From Planctomycetota bacterium (lineage in GTDB: Bacteria; Planctomycetota; UBA1135; GCA-002748355), in assembly GCA_011321845.1 (NCBI GenBank), contig DROQ01000132.1:1796-65795 (forward strand): a stretch of 64,000 nucleotides of DNA, given 5' to 3'. Below are positions 1-8,174 of the stretch, piece after piece (positions within the stretch are counted from its first letter, which is position 1; each line of letters starts with the position of its first letter). The notes beneath the pieces were generated by a model. It did no database searches. It was not told where the DNA came from and saw only the letters and a program-made list of their open reading frames with translations. The position numbers were made by a program, and so were the translations under genes.

Positions 1-1
1 C

Positions 2-400
2 GAGAAACTAGGAGTCAAAATCGCCATCGAGAACGTCTGGAATGGCTTTCTCCAGAGCCCCCTGGAATTTCGAAACTACATCGATGAGTTTCGGAGCCCC
101 TGGATCGGGGCCTATCTCGACATCGGGAATATGCGGAAATTCGGCTGGCCCACCCACTGGATTCGCATCCTCGGCAAACGCATCCTCAAAGTGGACATCA
201 AAGGCTGGAGTTTCAAAAAGGGGTTTCGGGTCGGGATCCTCCAAGGAGACATCGACTGGAAGGCCTGCATGCGAGAGCTGGGGAGGGTCGGTTATCAAGG
301 GATCATCACTGCCGAGGTGGGTGGAGGAAAGAAGGAGAGACTCGCCGCCATCGCCAAAGACCTGGACACCCTTCTCTCCTACGCCAAGGAAAGCAGATAG
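2..400 (+). CDS. sugar phosphate isomerase/epimerase (xylose isomerase-like TIM barrel), C-terminal part; 5' end lies outside the window
   Basis: Frame 2 is open from nt 2: EKLGVKIAIENVWNGFLQSPLEFRNYIDEFRSPWIGAYLDIGNMRKFGWP...GYQGIITAEV. This pattern is typical of AP_endonuc_2/xylose-isomerase-like barrels. The ORF track lists only the part after an internal Met (131). Confidence 0.7.
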   Translation, partial: EKLGVKIAIENVWNGFLQSPLEFRNYIDEFRSPWIGAYLDIGNMRKFGWPTHWIRILGKRILKVDIKGWSFKKGFRVGILQGDIDWKACMRELGRVGYQGIITAEVGGGKKERLAAIAKDLDTLLSYAKESR

Positions 401-413
401 TCCCGGGTACTTC

Positions 414-1466
414 CTACTTCCCCTTGGCGGACGCTTTCTTTTCGCTCCTCTTTCCTTCTCCCTGGGAAGCAGGAGTCTTCAGAGGCCGCACGACTCGAAA
501 GCCCACGAAGGGAGCGTCCGTATGGTACCAAACACTCTGCGGAATCTGGGGATCCTGGATCTTCCATTCCGGTTCGGATCCTCTTCGCGCCGCGGAGCGA
601 AGCATAAGAGGGCCGTCCGCCCAGGAACCTCCCCGGACCACCCTGGGATAGAGGGTCTTGGGAGCCACGAAGGGATCCACCAGGACCTCTCCTTTCTTCG
701 CCTTGGGATAGCCCTGGGGTAGATACTGGTCGAGGCACCACTCGGCCACATTTCCGTGCATGTCGTAGAGCCCCCAGGGGTTGGGTTTTTTGAGTCCCCC
801 CTTGTGGTAGGCCTCCTTGCTGTTTCCCTCGAACCATCCATACTCTCCCAGCTTTTTTGGGTCCGAGCCAAAGGAGTAGGCGGTATTCGTGCCCGCGCGA
901 CAGGCATACTCCCACTCGGCCTCCGTCGGAAGGCGGTAGGTTCGCCCCGTCTTTGCGCTCAACCATTGGCAAAAAGTCTTGGCCGCCTTCTGGGTCATGC
1001 AGACCGCGGGGAACCCCTTTTTCCCCATCCCGAAGCTCATGTCCACGTAGGGTTTGCTGGGCCGGGTCACAGCATCCGCTCGTTGATCCGATTTGCTTGT
1101 CTTCGCGCTTTTTTTTCGGTTCTGGCGATCCAGATCCAAGGACCACTGCTCGTAAAGATCCCACGTGACTTCGAGCCGAGCCATCCAAAAGGGCGAGATG
1201 CGAACCCTGCGGACAGGGCCCTCGTCCTTTTTATGGCCCTTTTCGGAAGCAGGGCTTCCCATCTGAAACTCCCCCCCTGGAATCGGAACCATCTCGAAGG
1301 AAAGCCCCGTCCCCGGGACTTCCTGCCGGTACGGGGCAAAGTTTTTCCCGCGATCGGCCTTGGAAGGTTTAGATTCCTGGGGTGCACAGACCAGAGCGGC
1401 CAAACAAAAAAGGACTCCTAGAACCATCATGAAACACCTTTCTCTATTGATCGCAGGGGGAGTCAT
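414..1466 (-). CDS. formylglycine-generating enzyme (SUMF1/FGE-sulfatase domain) family protein, secreted
   Basis: Motifs RLPTEAEWEYACRAG, GLYDMHGNVAEWCLD and RVVRGGSW. Hydrophobic signal MMVLGVLFCLAALVCA. Start is 1466 or an internal Met at 1430/1427. Confidence 0.85.
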   Translation of the reverse strand: MTPPAINRERCFMMVLGVLFCLAALVCAPQESKPSKADRGKNFAPYRQEVPGTGLSFEMVPIPGGEFQMGSPASEKGHKKDEGPVRRVRISPFWMARLEVTWDLYEQWSLDLDRQNRKKSAKTSKSDQRADAVTRPSKPYVDMSFGMGKKGFPAVCMTQKAAKTFCQWLSAKTGRTYRLPTEAEWEYACRAGTNTAYSFGSDPKKLGEYGWFEGNSKEAYHKGGLKKPNPWGLYDMHGNVAEWCLDQYLPQGYPKAKKGEVLVDPFVAPKTLYPRVVRGGSWADGPLMLRSAARRGSEPEWKIQDPQIPQSVWYHTDAPFVGFRVVRPLKTPASQGEGKRSEKKASAKGK

Positions 1467-2553
1467 GACTGCGCTGGTTCCCGCCTGCGTTTACCCAGGA
1501 GAAGCTCCCCCCAAACCCAAACCCCAACGCTATGAGTTTGCCCAAAGATCGATGGGAGTGGAATTCAGGATTCTGATTTATTCCCTGGATCCAGAAAGGG
1601 CTCGGCTCGCCGCCCGGCGGGCCTTCCAAAGAATCCAAGCCCTGGACGACGCCCTGAGCAACTACAAGCCGGACTCGGAGTTGATGAGGCTCTGCCGCCT
1701 GGCGGAGCCCGGCCTGCCGATTCCGGTAAGCGAGGATCTCTTTCGGGTCCTGGCGATCTCCAAGAGACTCCACCGCCTCAGCAACGGAGCCTTCGAGATC
1801 AGCGTAGGCCCCCTCACCCAGCTCTGGCGGCGGAGCCGCAAGCTGCATCGGCTCCCCAAATCCGAGATCCTGGCTGCGGCTAAAAAACGGGTAGGCTCTG
1901 AATGGATCCGCTTGGACCATGCCCGGCACACGGTGGAGTTCCTCAAAAGAGGCATCCTTTTGGACCCTGGAGGGATCGCCAAGGGTTACGCTGTGGATCA
2001 GGCCCTGCTCTCCCTCGAGAAAAATGGAATCCACTCCGCCCTGGTGGACGGAAGCGGAGATATCGCTGCCTCCGATCCACCTCCCGACCTTCCCGGCTGG
2101 AAGATCGCCATTTCTCCCAGCGGGGACAGGGTTCGAACCTGGGTCTATTTGGCTCATGGAGCCATCGCGACTTCGGGAGACCTTTACGGCAGGGTCATCC
2201 TGGGAGGCAAGCGCTACTCCCACATCGTGGACCCGAAAACAGGGCTGGGTCTGGTCGATTCCAAAGCAGTTACCGTTTTTCATCCCAGTTGCACCTACGC
2301 CGACGGCCTCGCGACCGCCCTGAGCGTCCTGAGCCCCGGGAAGGGGATGGCGCTCATCCGGAAGCTCGGCAAGGCGGGAGCCATTCTGGACCTGGGCCCG
2401 AAGGGACTCCTCCAAGAGCCCGCCGATTTGGGCCTTCTCCCCTATATTCAAAAGATTCCTGTGGAAACGATCTCCCCCGGGAAGGATCCTTCCTCGCAAA
2501 ATGGGAAAGAGAAGGGCCCTCCCAAACGGGGGAAAAGCCCCGAAGGAGATTGA
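1429..2553 (+). CDS. apbE: FAD:protein FMN transferase (ApbE family) lipoprotein
   Basis: ApbE motifs GIAKGYAVDQA and SGDLYG...YSHIVDPKTG. Start moved to ATG 1429, giving MKHLSLLIAGGVMTALVPAC (signal peptide plus lipobox). Confidence 0.85.
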   Translation: MKHLSLLIAGGVMTALVPACVYPGEAPPKPKPQRYEFAQRSMGVEFRILIYSLDPERARLAARRAFQRIQALDDALSNYKPDSELMRLCRLAEPGLPIPVSEDLFRVLAISKRLHRLSNGAFEISVGPLTQLWRRSRKLHRLPKSEILAAAKKRVGSEWIRLDHARHTVEFLKRGILLDPGGIAKGYAVDQALLSLEKNGIHSALVDGSGDIAASDPPPDLPGWKIAISPSGDRVRTWVYLAHGAIATSGDLYGRVILGGKRYSHIVDPKTGLGLVDSKAVTVFHPSCTYADGLATALSVLSPGKGMALIRKLGKAGAILDLGPKGLLQEPADLGLLPYIQKIPVETISPGKDPSSQNGKEKGPPKRGKSPEGD

Positions 2554-2554
2554 A

Positions 2555-3586
2555 ATGGGAAAGACCTTGGGTGTCGGCGTGATCGGAACAGGGTGGGTGG
2601 CGGGAGCCCATATCGAGAATTTCAAACAAATCCAGGATTGCGAAGTTCGAGCCGTCCTTTCCCGCTCCAAGGAGCGGGCGCGGGCCAAAATCCAGGAACA
2701 CGGGCTGAAGGAGGCCAAGGCCTTTCAGAACCAAGAGGCCTTTCTCGCCCAGTCCGAGCTGGACATCGTGGTGATTTGCACTCCCCACCCCATGCACCCC
2801 CAAGAAACCATCGCCGCAGCCAAAGCGGGGAAACACATCGTCATCGAGAAACCTGTCGCCCTGGACAGGGAGAGCCTCGAGGAGATGTGCAAGGCCGTAG
2901 AAGAGGCCGGAGTCCAGACCAGTGTCTGCTTCGAACTACGCTGGATCGGCCTCTTCAAGAACATCAAGGCTCTCCTCGCCCAGGGCTTGATCGGAGAAGT
3001 GTTTTACGGAGAGACAAGCTACTTTCACGGGATCGGCCCCTGGTACCCCCAATACCCATGGAACCGGACCAAGGAGATGGGGGGCGACGCCTTTTTGACC
3101 GCTGGTTGCCACGCCTTGGACGGACTCCTCTGGTTCATGGATCAGAAGGTGGTCCGGGTCATGGCCATGTCCAACACCAGCCCCAACAACCCCCTGGATT
3201 ACGAATACGACCCCAACATCGCAGCCCTGCTGGAGTTCGAGAGCGGGGCGATCGGCAAGGTCTCGACCAGCATCGAGTGCAGGCAGCCTTATACGTTTCC
3301 AGTGCTCCTCCAGGGAGAGCGGGGTTCCATCCTGGGAGACAAGGTTTCGAGCCTCGACTGGCCCGGCCTGGAACCGGGAGAGTGGGCGACCATCCCCACC
3401 GCCATGCCCGACTCCGGGGACGTCTCCGACCATCCCTACCTGGGCCAGCTCCAATACTTCGTCGATTGCATCCACAGCGGGGAGCGCCCCCACAACGATC
3501 TAAAGGCCTGCGCCCACGTCCACGAGGTCATGTTCGCCATCCAGGAATCCTTGACCCAACAAAAATCCATCTCCCTTAAAAGCTAG
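2555..3586 (+). CDS. Gfo/Idh/MocA family NAD(P)-dependent oxidoreductase
   Basis: Rossmann motif GVGVIGTGWVAGAH and the HIVIEKPVA motif. ATG 2555 lies 2 nt after the apbE stop, with AAGGAG upstream. Confidence 0.85.
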   Translation: MGKTLGVGVIGTGWVAGAHIENFKQIQDCEVRAVLSRSKERARAKIQEHGLKEAKAFQNQEAFLAQSELDIVVICTPHPMHPQETIAAAKAGKHIVIEKPVALDRESLEEMCKAVEEAGVQTSVCFELRWIGLFKNIKALLAQGLIGEVFYGETSYFHGIGPWYPQYPWNRTKEMGGDAFLTAGCHALDGLLWFMDQKVVRVMAMSNTSPNNPLDYEYDPNIAALLEFESGAIGKVSTSIECRQPYTFPVLLQGERGSILGDKVSSLDWPGLEPGEWATIPTAMPDSGDVSDHPYLGQLQYFVDCIHSGERPHNDLKACAHVHEVMFAIQESLTQQKSISLKS

Positions 3587-4650
3587 GCTTCTTTCCCCCG
3601 GATGCGATGCAGGAACTCCCCGGCCCGCACGGCGGCCTTGGAGAGGAGGCTCCCTCCCCAGTCGAAGGATCCGGGGTAGGTCAGCTCCCTTCCGCGGAAC
3701 CCAGTCTTGAACCGATAGCCTCCTGGATCCTTCTCGGGGTCCACCCCACAGAGGTCGTAAACCGAGAGGCCGCGGTTCTTGCATTCCTCGATCGCTCGCC
3801 AGTGCAAAAGGTTGGAGGCGTTATGGTTGGGCAGCTCCTCCAGGATCCGCGTCGCTCCGAGGAGATAGATGCCCGTGTCCCCCATAGCCGAAAGGACCAG
3901 CCCCCCCAGGTCCTTTCCCTCGTAGGTGGCCAAAAAGACCATCATGCGATCCTTTCCCCTGAGAAAGGACTGCGCCCGGGCAAAGGTCTCGACCCGCACC
4001 TTGGTGTGAAAACCCTTCCGGGCATACATCTCGTCATACAAAACCTGGAAGCGGCGAAAAGCTTCGAGGTCTCCCCCCACCTCGATCCGGACTCCTAGCT
4101 TGGTGGCTTTGTTGATCTTCGTCCGGAATCTGGGACGGAAACTCTTTTTGATCTCCTCGAGCCCAGGCTTCAGGTCCACCAGGATCGTCCGGTAAGGCCT
4201 TTGCTCCAAGGGACAAAAGCCCATCTCCTCCAGGACCCGAGTCACCCCCGGGTACAAATCTTCGGGGAGATGGGAGACCAGGCGAAGAACCAATCCCCGG
4301 GGTTGCACCCAGCCCTCGAGAAGTACCCGCAGAGCAGCCTGGTAACGGTCCAGGACCTCCTGTGGATCGGCATCCTGGCTTGTACGCACAACAGGACCAA
4401 AATAGCAATGAGCGAGGCCCGCCCTGAACCCGGGGATGGTTTTGACCCGTAGCTGAGCGAGCCCCAGCCGGGCTCCTCCCTCGTTCAAGACCAGGCGGAC
4501 CGAAGGCGCTTCTTGGGCCCGACCCACCCCATATCCAAATGACTGATATATGCTGGCGTCCTGGAACCCGGCCAGGAGATCATCCCACTCCTCCGGGTCT
4601 TCGATTGCAATGATCTCGGACAAAGTCCCTCTCTCCAGCTCAGAAAACAA
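3583..4650 (-). CDS. FemAB-family (peptidoglycan/EPS bridge-forming acyltransferase-like) protein
   Basis: 355 aa. TTG start preceded by GGGGAG. FemAB-like region ...NLLHWRAIEECKNRGLSVYDLCGV... Its size and the adjacent deacetylase resemble FemAB-related genes of exopolysaccharide loci. Confidence 0.7.
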   Translation of the reverse strand: MFSELERGTLSEIIAIEDPEEWDDLLAGFQDASIYQSFGYGVGRAQEAPSVRLVLNEGGARLGLAQLRVKTIPGFRAGLAHCYFGPVVRTSQDADPQEVLDRYQAALRVLLEGWVQPRGLVLRLVSHLPEDLYPGVTRVLEEMGFCPLEQRPYRTILVDLKPGLEEIKKSFRPRFRTKINKATKLGVRIEVGGDLEAFRRFQVLYDEMYARKGFHTKVRVETFARAQSFLRGKDRMMVFLATYEGKDLGGLVLSAMGDTGIYLLGATRILEELPNHNASNLLHWRAIEECKNRGLSVYDLCGVDPEKDPGGYRFKTGFRGRELTYPGSFDWGGSLLSKAAVRAGEFLHRIRGKEA

Positions 4651-4873
4651 GGAAACTCCCCAGGCAGGGAAGCATGTTCCCTCTTCGAAAAGGCTCTACA
4701 TTCTCCTCAAGGGATTTCCCGGGGTTCCGGCTGGAGCAGCTCGTTCACGCTGCCTCCCAAGTTGTTCCTTGCCTGGGATCTCCAAAGGGTTAAACGTAAC
4801 CATGGAACAGGGTGGTCCACAATCCAGGTAAATCCCTTCCCACCTTGGTGCCGATGATATTCCCAGATGTTTC

Positions 4874-5632
4874 ATGAAACGCCCGGGTCCCCTCCCACAA
4901 GATCATGGGGAGCAAAAACCCCATTTGGGAGTGTGGGACTGCAAAATTATGAGCAAAACGCCCCAGAAGATCGACATTGTGCTTGTCTTTCACGGCATCG
5001 GCACCCCCCCGGCCGATTGCTTGGAGGCGGATCTTCCCTATTGGGTACAAGAAGAAAAATTCTTGCGGACCCTGGACATCGCGAAGGAGCGTGGGGACAC
5101 CCTCATCACCTTTGATGATGGGCTCCAATCGGACGTCCGCATCGCCATGCCCGCTTTGATCGAGAGAGGGCTTCCCGGAGTTTTTTTCCCCCTGACAGGG
5201 ATGCTGGGGAAACCGGGCTACCTGACCCGCGAAGAGCTCAAATCCCTGGCCGACCATGGGATGGTGGTCGGCACGCATGGCCATATGCACCTGGACTGGG
5301 CCAAGGTTCCCCGAGAACTCCGGGAAAAAGACATCCAGGATTCCTTGGAGATCATCGAGGAGATCTTGGGAACCCCATGCAAGGAGGCCGCCTTTCCCTT
5401 CGGCTCCTTTGATCGTCGGGTCCTCGCTTCCCTCAAGAAATTTGGAATCGAAAAGGCCTATTCTTGCAGCAGGGGCAAGACCAACTTGGCCAACTTTCTC
5501 ATCCACCGGACCTCGATCCGGGAGGTCACCGACCTGGACTGGATGTTTCAAAGCTTGGACAAGGAAAAGGGGATCCAAAAAATCAAACGCGGGGTCAAAC
5601 GCTTCCTCAGGGCCCATCTGCCTCCCTTTTGA
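4874..5632 (+). CDS. polysaccharide deacetylase (NodB homology) family protein
   Basis: Motifs ITFDDG and HGMVVGTHGHMH. Alternative start at ATG 4949. Confidence 0.8.
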   Translation: MKRPGPLPQDHGEQKPHLGVWDCKIMSKTPQKIDIVLVFHGIGTPPADCLEADLPYWVQEEKFLRTLDIAKERGDTLITFDDGLQSDVRIAMPALIERGLPGVFFPLTGMLGKPGYLTREELKSLADHGMVVGTHGHMHLDWAKVPRELREKDIQDSLEIIEEILGTPCKEAAFPFGSFDRRVLASLKKFGIEKAYSCSRGKTNLANFLIHRTSIREVTDLDWMFQSLDKEKGIQKIKRGVKRFLRAHLPPF

Positions 5633-5756
5633 CCGGCGATCCCGGTGTGGATCGGCCGCCCCCCTGCAGACCGGCTGTCCCAGTGTGGACTGGCCGCCCC
5701 CCTGTAGACCGGCTGTCCCGGTGTGGACTGGCCGCCCCCCTATAGACCGGCTTCCT
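5631..5756. repeat. 38-bp tandem repeat, 3 full units plus a partial one
   Basis: Units 5631-5668, 5669-5706 and 5707-5744 plus about 12 nt. Consensus GACCGGCTGTCCCRGTGTGGACTGGCCGCCCCCCTRTA. It starts within the stop codon of the deacetylase gene. Confidence 0.9.
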
Positions 5757-5896
5757 CGTGGAAGGGGTGGAGCGAGGGAGATGGGCGCAAAGCCCCCCGA
5801 GCGATCATCGAGCGACATTCCACCACAGGAATCCCGTTTCGCCTCACTCAGGAGGGTGGCTAAGATCCCAGGGCAGCCCCATCCTGGAGGAGAATC

Positions 5897-7273
5897 ATGG
5901 AAACGATCATCGAGCCATTCCGCATCCGGACCGTCGAAAGACTCCAAATGTCCACCGAGGAAGAAAGGATGGCGGCCCTGGAACGGGCTCATTTCAACCT
6001 CTTCTCCCTGCATTCCAAAGAGGTCTTGATCGACCTGCTGACCGATTCCGGGACCGGGGCCATGAGCACCAAGCAATGGGCAGCTCTGATGATGGGAGAC
6101 GAGAGCTACGCAGGGAGCGAGTCTTTCTTCGACTTGGAAAAGACGGTCCGCAAGCTCACGGGATACAAACACGTCATCCCGGTCCACCAGGGGAGGGCGG
6201 CGGAGCGCATCCTCTTTCAAACGCTCTGCGCCGAAGGAAAAAGGATCCCCAACAACACGCATTTTGATACGACCCGTGCCAACATCGAATTCACAGGAGC
6301 CGAGGCCATCGACCTCCCCGTGGACGGCGCCCTGGACCCGAGCAGGGAGGCCCCCTTCAAGGGCAACATGGATCTGGACAAGCTCGACCGCTTCCTGGAA
6401 GAGACTCCTACAGAGGAAGTTCCCTTTGGGCTGCTCACGATCACCAACAACACCACGGGAGGCCAACCAGTCTCGATGGAAAACATCCGAGAGGTCGCCA
6501 GGAGATACCACGCCAAGGGGATTCCCTTTTTCCTGGATGCAGCCCGCTTCGCGGAGAACGCCTTCTTTATCAAAAAACGGGAGCCGGGATACAAGGACCG
6601 CCCTCTCGACGAAATTGCCCTGGAGATGTTCAGCTACGCGGACGGATGCCTGATCTCCGCCAAAAAAGACGGCCTGGTCAACATCGGGGGACTTCTCGTC
6701 CTCAATGACGACGCACTCGCGGCCCAGGCGAAAAACCTCTTGATCCTGACCGAGGGGTTCCCCACCTACGGAGGCCTGGCCGGGAGGGACATGGCAGCCC
6801 TTGCCCAGGGTCTTCGCGAAGTCCTGGATGTGGACTACCTCGAGTACCGCCTGGCCAGCGCCCAGTACCTGGGTCGGGCGCTGACCTTCCTGGGGGTTCC
6901 CATTGTCAAACCCTGTGGGATCCACGCCATCTATGTCGACGCCCGGGCCTGGCTTCCTCAGATTCCCCCCAAAGAACTCCCCGGACAGTCCCTCTGTTGC
7001 GAACTCTATCTCCGAGGGGGAATCCGAGCTGTCGAGATCGGCACCCTGATGTTTGGAGGGACCGACCCCCAGACGGGGGAGCCGACTCCAGCCGACCTCG
7101 ACCTCGTTCGACTCACTCTCCCCCGGCGCGTTTATACTCAGAGCCATTTCGACTGGGTCATTGAGGTTTTCTCCGGGATCGCCCGAAATCGCGAAAAATT
7201 GAAGGGATACCGCATTCTCGAGGAGGCGCCTTTCCTGCGAGCCTTTACCGCCAAACTCGCCCCCATCCCCTAG
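5897..7273 (+). CDS. beta-eliminating lyase: tryptophanase / tyrosine phenol-lyase family (PLP-dependent)
   Basis: 458 aa. EPFRIRTVE, IDLLTDSGTGAMS, PLP-Lys motif SAKKDGLVNIGG, SYGGLAGRDM and RLTLPRRVYT. SD GGAGGAG upstream. Trp versus Tyr specificity cannot be decided by eye. Confidence 0.9.
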   Translation: METIIEPFRIRTVERLQMSTEEERMAALERAHFNLFSLHSKEVLIDLLTDSGTGAMSTKQWAALMMGDESYAGSESFFDLEKTVRKLTGYKHVIPVHQGRAAERILFQTLCAEGKRIPNNTHFDTTRANIEFTGAEAIDLPVDGALDPSREAPFKGNMDLDKLDRFLEETPTEEVPFGLLTITNNTTGGQPVSMENIREVARRYHAKGIPFFLDAARFAENAFFIKKREPGYKDRPLDEIALEMFSYADGCLISAKKDGLVNIGGLLVLNDDALAAQAKNLLILTEGFPTYGGLAGRDMAALAQGLREVLDVDYLEYRLASAQYLGRALTFLGVPIVKPCGIHAIYVDARAWLPQIPPKELPGQSLCCELYLRGGIRAVEIGTLMFGGTDPQTGEPTPADLDLVRLTLPRRVYTQSHFDWVIEVFSGIARNREKLKGYRILEEAPFLRAFTAKLAPIP

Positions 7274-7317
7274 AAACCCCTGAATAAACTTCCCTCTTGG
7301 GAAATCTTCTCAAATGC

Positions 7318-7345
7318 TTGCAAAGCTAGCTCTCAAAGGTAATTT
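7318..7345 (+). promoter_or_regulatory. possible sigma70-type promoter (TTGCAA-N16-TAATTT)
   Basis: Pattern match only. It lies 45 nt after the lyase stop and about 85 nt before a strong terminator. Confidence 0.25.
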
Positions 7346-7429
7346 CACTTCCAGATTTGACGTGACTTGAGGGTAGTGATCGGGCATTCTGGGGATCCAC
7401 AGAGACACACAACACATCGATATTCCCCT

Positions 7430-7483
7430 GATCCCGCCGGACACTCCCCCCATTCCCCCCCGTTCGGCGGGATCATTTTTTTT
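7430..7483 (+). terminator. intrinsic terminator with C-rich loop
   Basis: 13-bp stem GATCCCGCCGGAC/GTTCGGCGGGATC (one G.U pair), 19-nt loop ACTCCCCCCATTCCCCCCC, then T8. Confidence 0.7.
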
Positions 7484-7670
7484 ATGGATCCCAGCCCGAC
7501 AGCGTTGGACCGAAAGCGACTTGCGTGAGATCCAGCGGTCTACTCTCAAGCTGCGGCAGATCCTTCGGACTGGGCAGAGATGCCTCTAGGCCGGAGAGTT
7601 CATCTCCTCGAACCCTCCGGGCTGGAAAGCAATGTTTTTTCTTTTCATTTCTTCAAAAACAGGAACGACA

Positions 7671-8174
7671 ATGATCCAAATCGGAGAAAAAGGGCCCACC
7701 TTCAAGCTGGAGGACCACCTGGGCCGAACCGTGGACCTCCAGGACCTCCTGGGCAAAGGCCACGTCATGCTTCTTTTCTATCCCCTCGATTTCACTCCTA
7801 CCTGAAGCAAGGAAATCCCCGGAGCGGAAGCGATCAAGGATCGTTTCGCTGCGGCTCACACCTACGTGCTAGGTGTGTCAGTGGATTCCAAGTATTGCCA
7901 CAAGGCCTGGGCGGACAGCTTGGGAGGGGTCAGCTACCCTCTCCTGGCCGATTTCCATCCCAAGGGAGCCGTGGGGAAAGCCTACGGTGTCTATCTGGAA
8001 GACGCGGGGATCGACGACCGAGCGACCGTGATCCTCGATAAGGATGGGATCGTCCGCTACGCAGTTTCCGTCACCCCATCCGGCGAACGGGATATCCCCG
8101 GTCTCGCCGCGGAATGTGAAAAAATCGACCAGGAGTACGGCGCCGGGCTCGGTGATCTGCCTCCGATCGAATGA
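7671..8174 (+). CDS. peroxiredoxin (AhpC/TSA/BCP-like) with in-frame TGA at 7803-7805 at the peroxidatic Cys position; candidate selenoprotein
   Basis: One frame runs from ATG 7671: MIQIGEKGPTFKLEDHLGRTVDLQDLLGKGHVMLLFYPLDFTPT[TGA]SKEIPGAEAIKDRFAAAHTYVLGVSVDSKYCHKAW...RATVILDKDGIVRY. The family motif FYP.DFTP.C..E places Cys where the TGA sits. The track shows only the 3' part (7866..8174). Confidence 0.8.
7822..7856 (+). promoter_or_regulatory. candidate bacterial SECIS hairpin
   Basis: GCGGAAGCGATC-AAG-GATCGTTTCGCTGC forms 9 contiguous pairs (one G.U), extendable to about 12 with one bulge. The apical loop is about 30 nt after the UGA. Confidence 0.4.

Noticed and set aside
4790-7147. 785-aa minus-strand ORF, and similar giants: 23371..25566 (+), 45624..47156 (-), 58983..60680 (-), 14163..15872 (-), 35150..36877 (+), 51279..53117 (-), 19796..21319 (-).
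   Set aside because: Each lies antisense or out of frame to a gene with clear family motifs (lyase, ACS, GroEL, MCC beta, and so on). Their products are low-complexity and Arg/Gly/Pro-rich. These are the long shadow ORFs typical of high-GC DNA.
7484-7670. Searched the gap upstream of the Sec-peroxiredoxin for tRNA-Sec (the CTTCAAA anticodon-loop string at about 7650) or another structured RNA gene.
   Set aside because: The CTTCAAA string has no flanking anticodon stem, and there is no T-loop or acceptor stem. I recognised no SRP, RNase P, tmRNA or 6S signatures.
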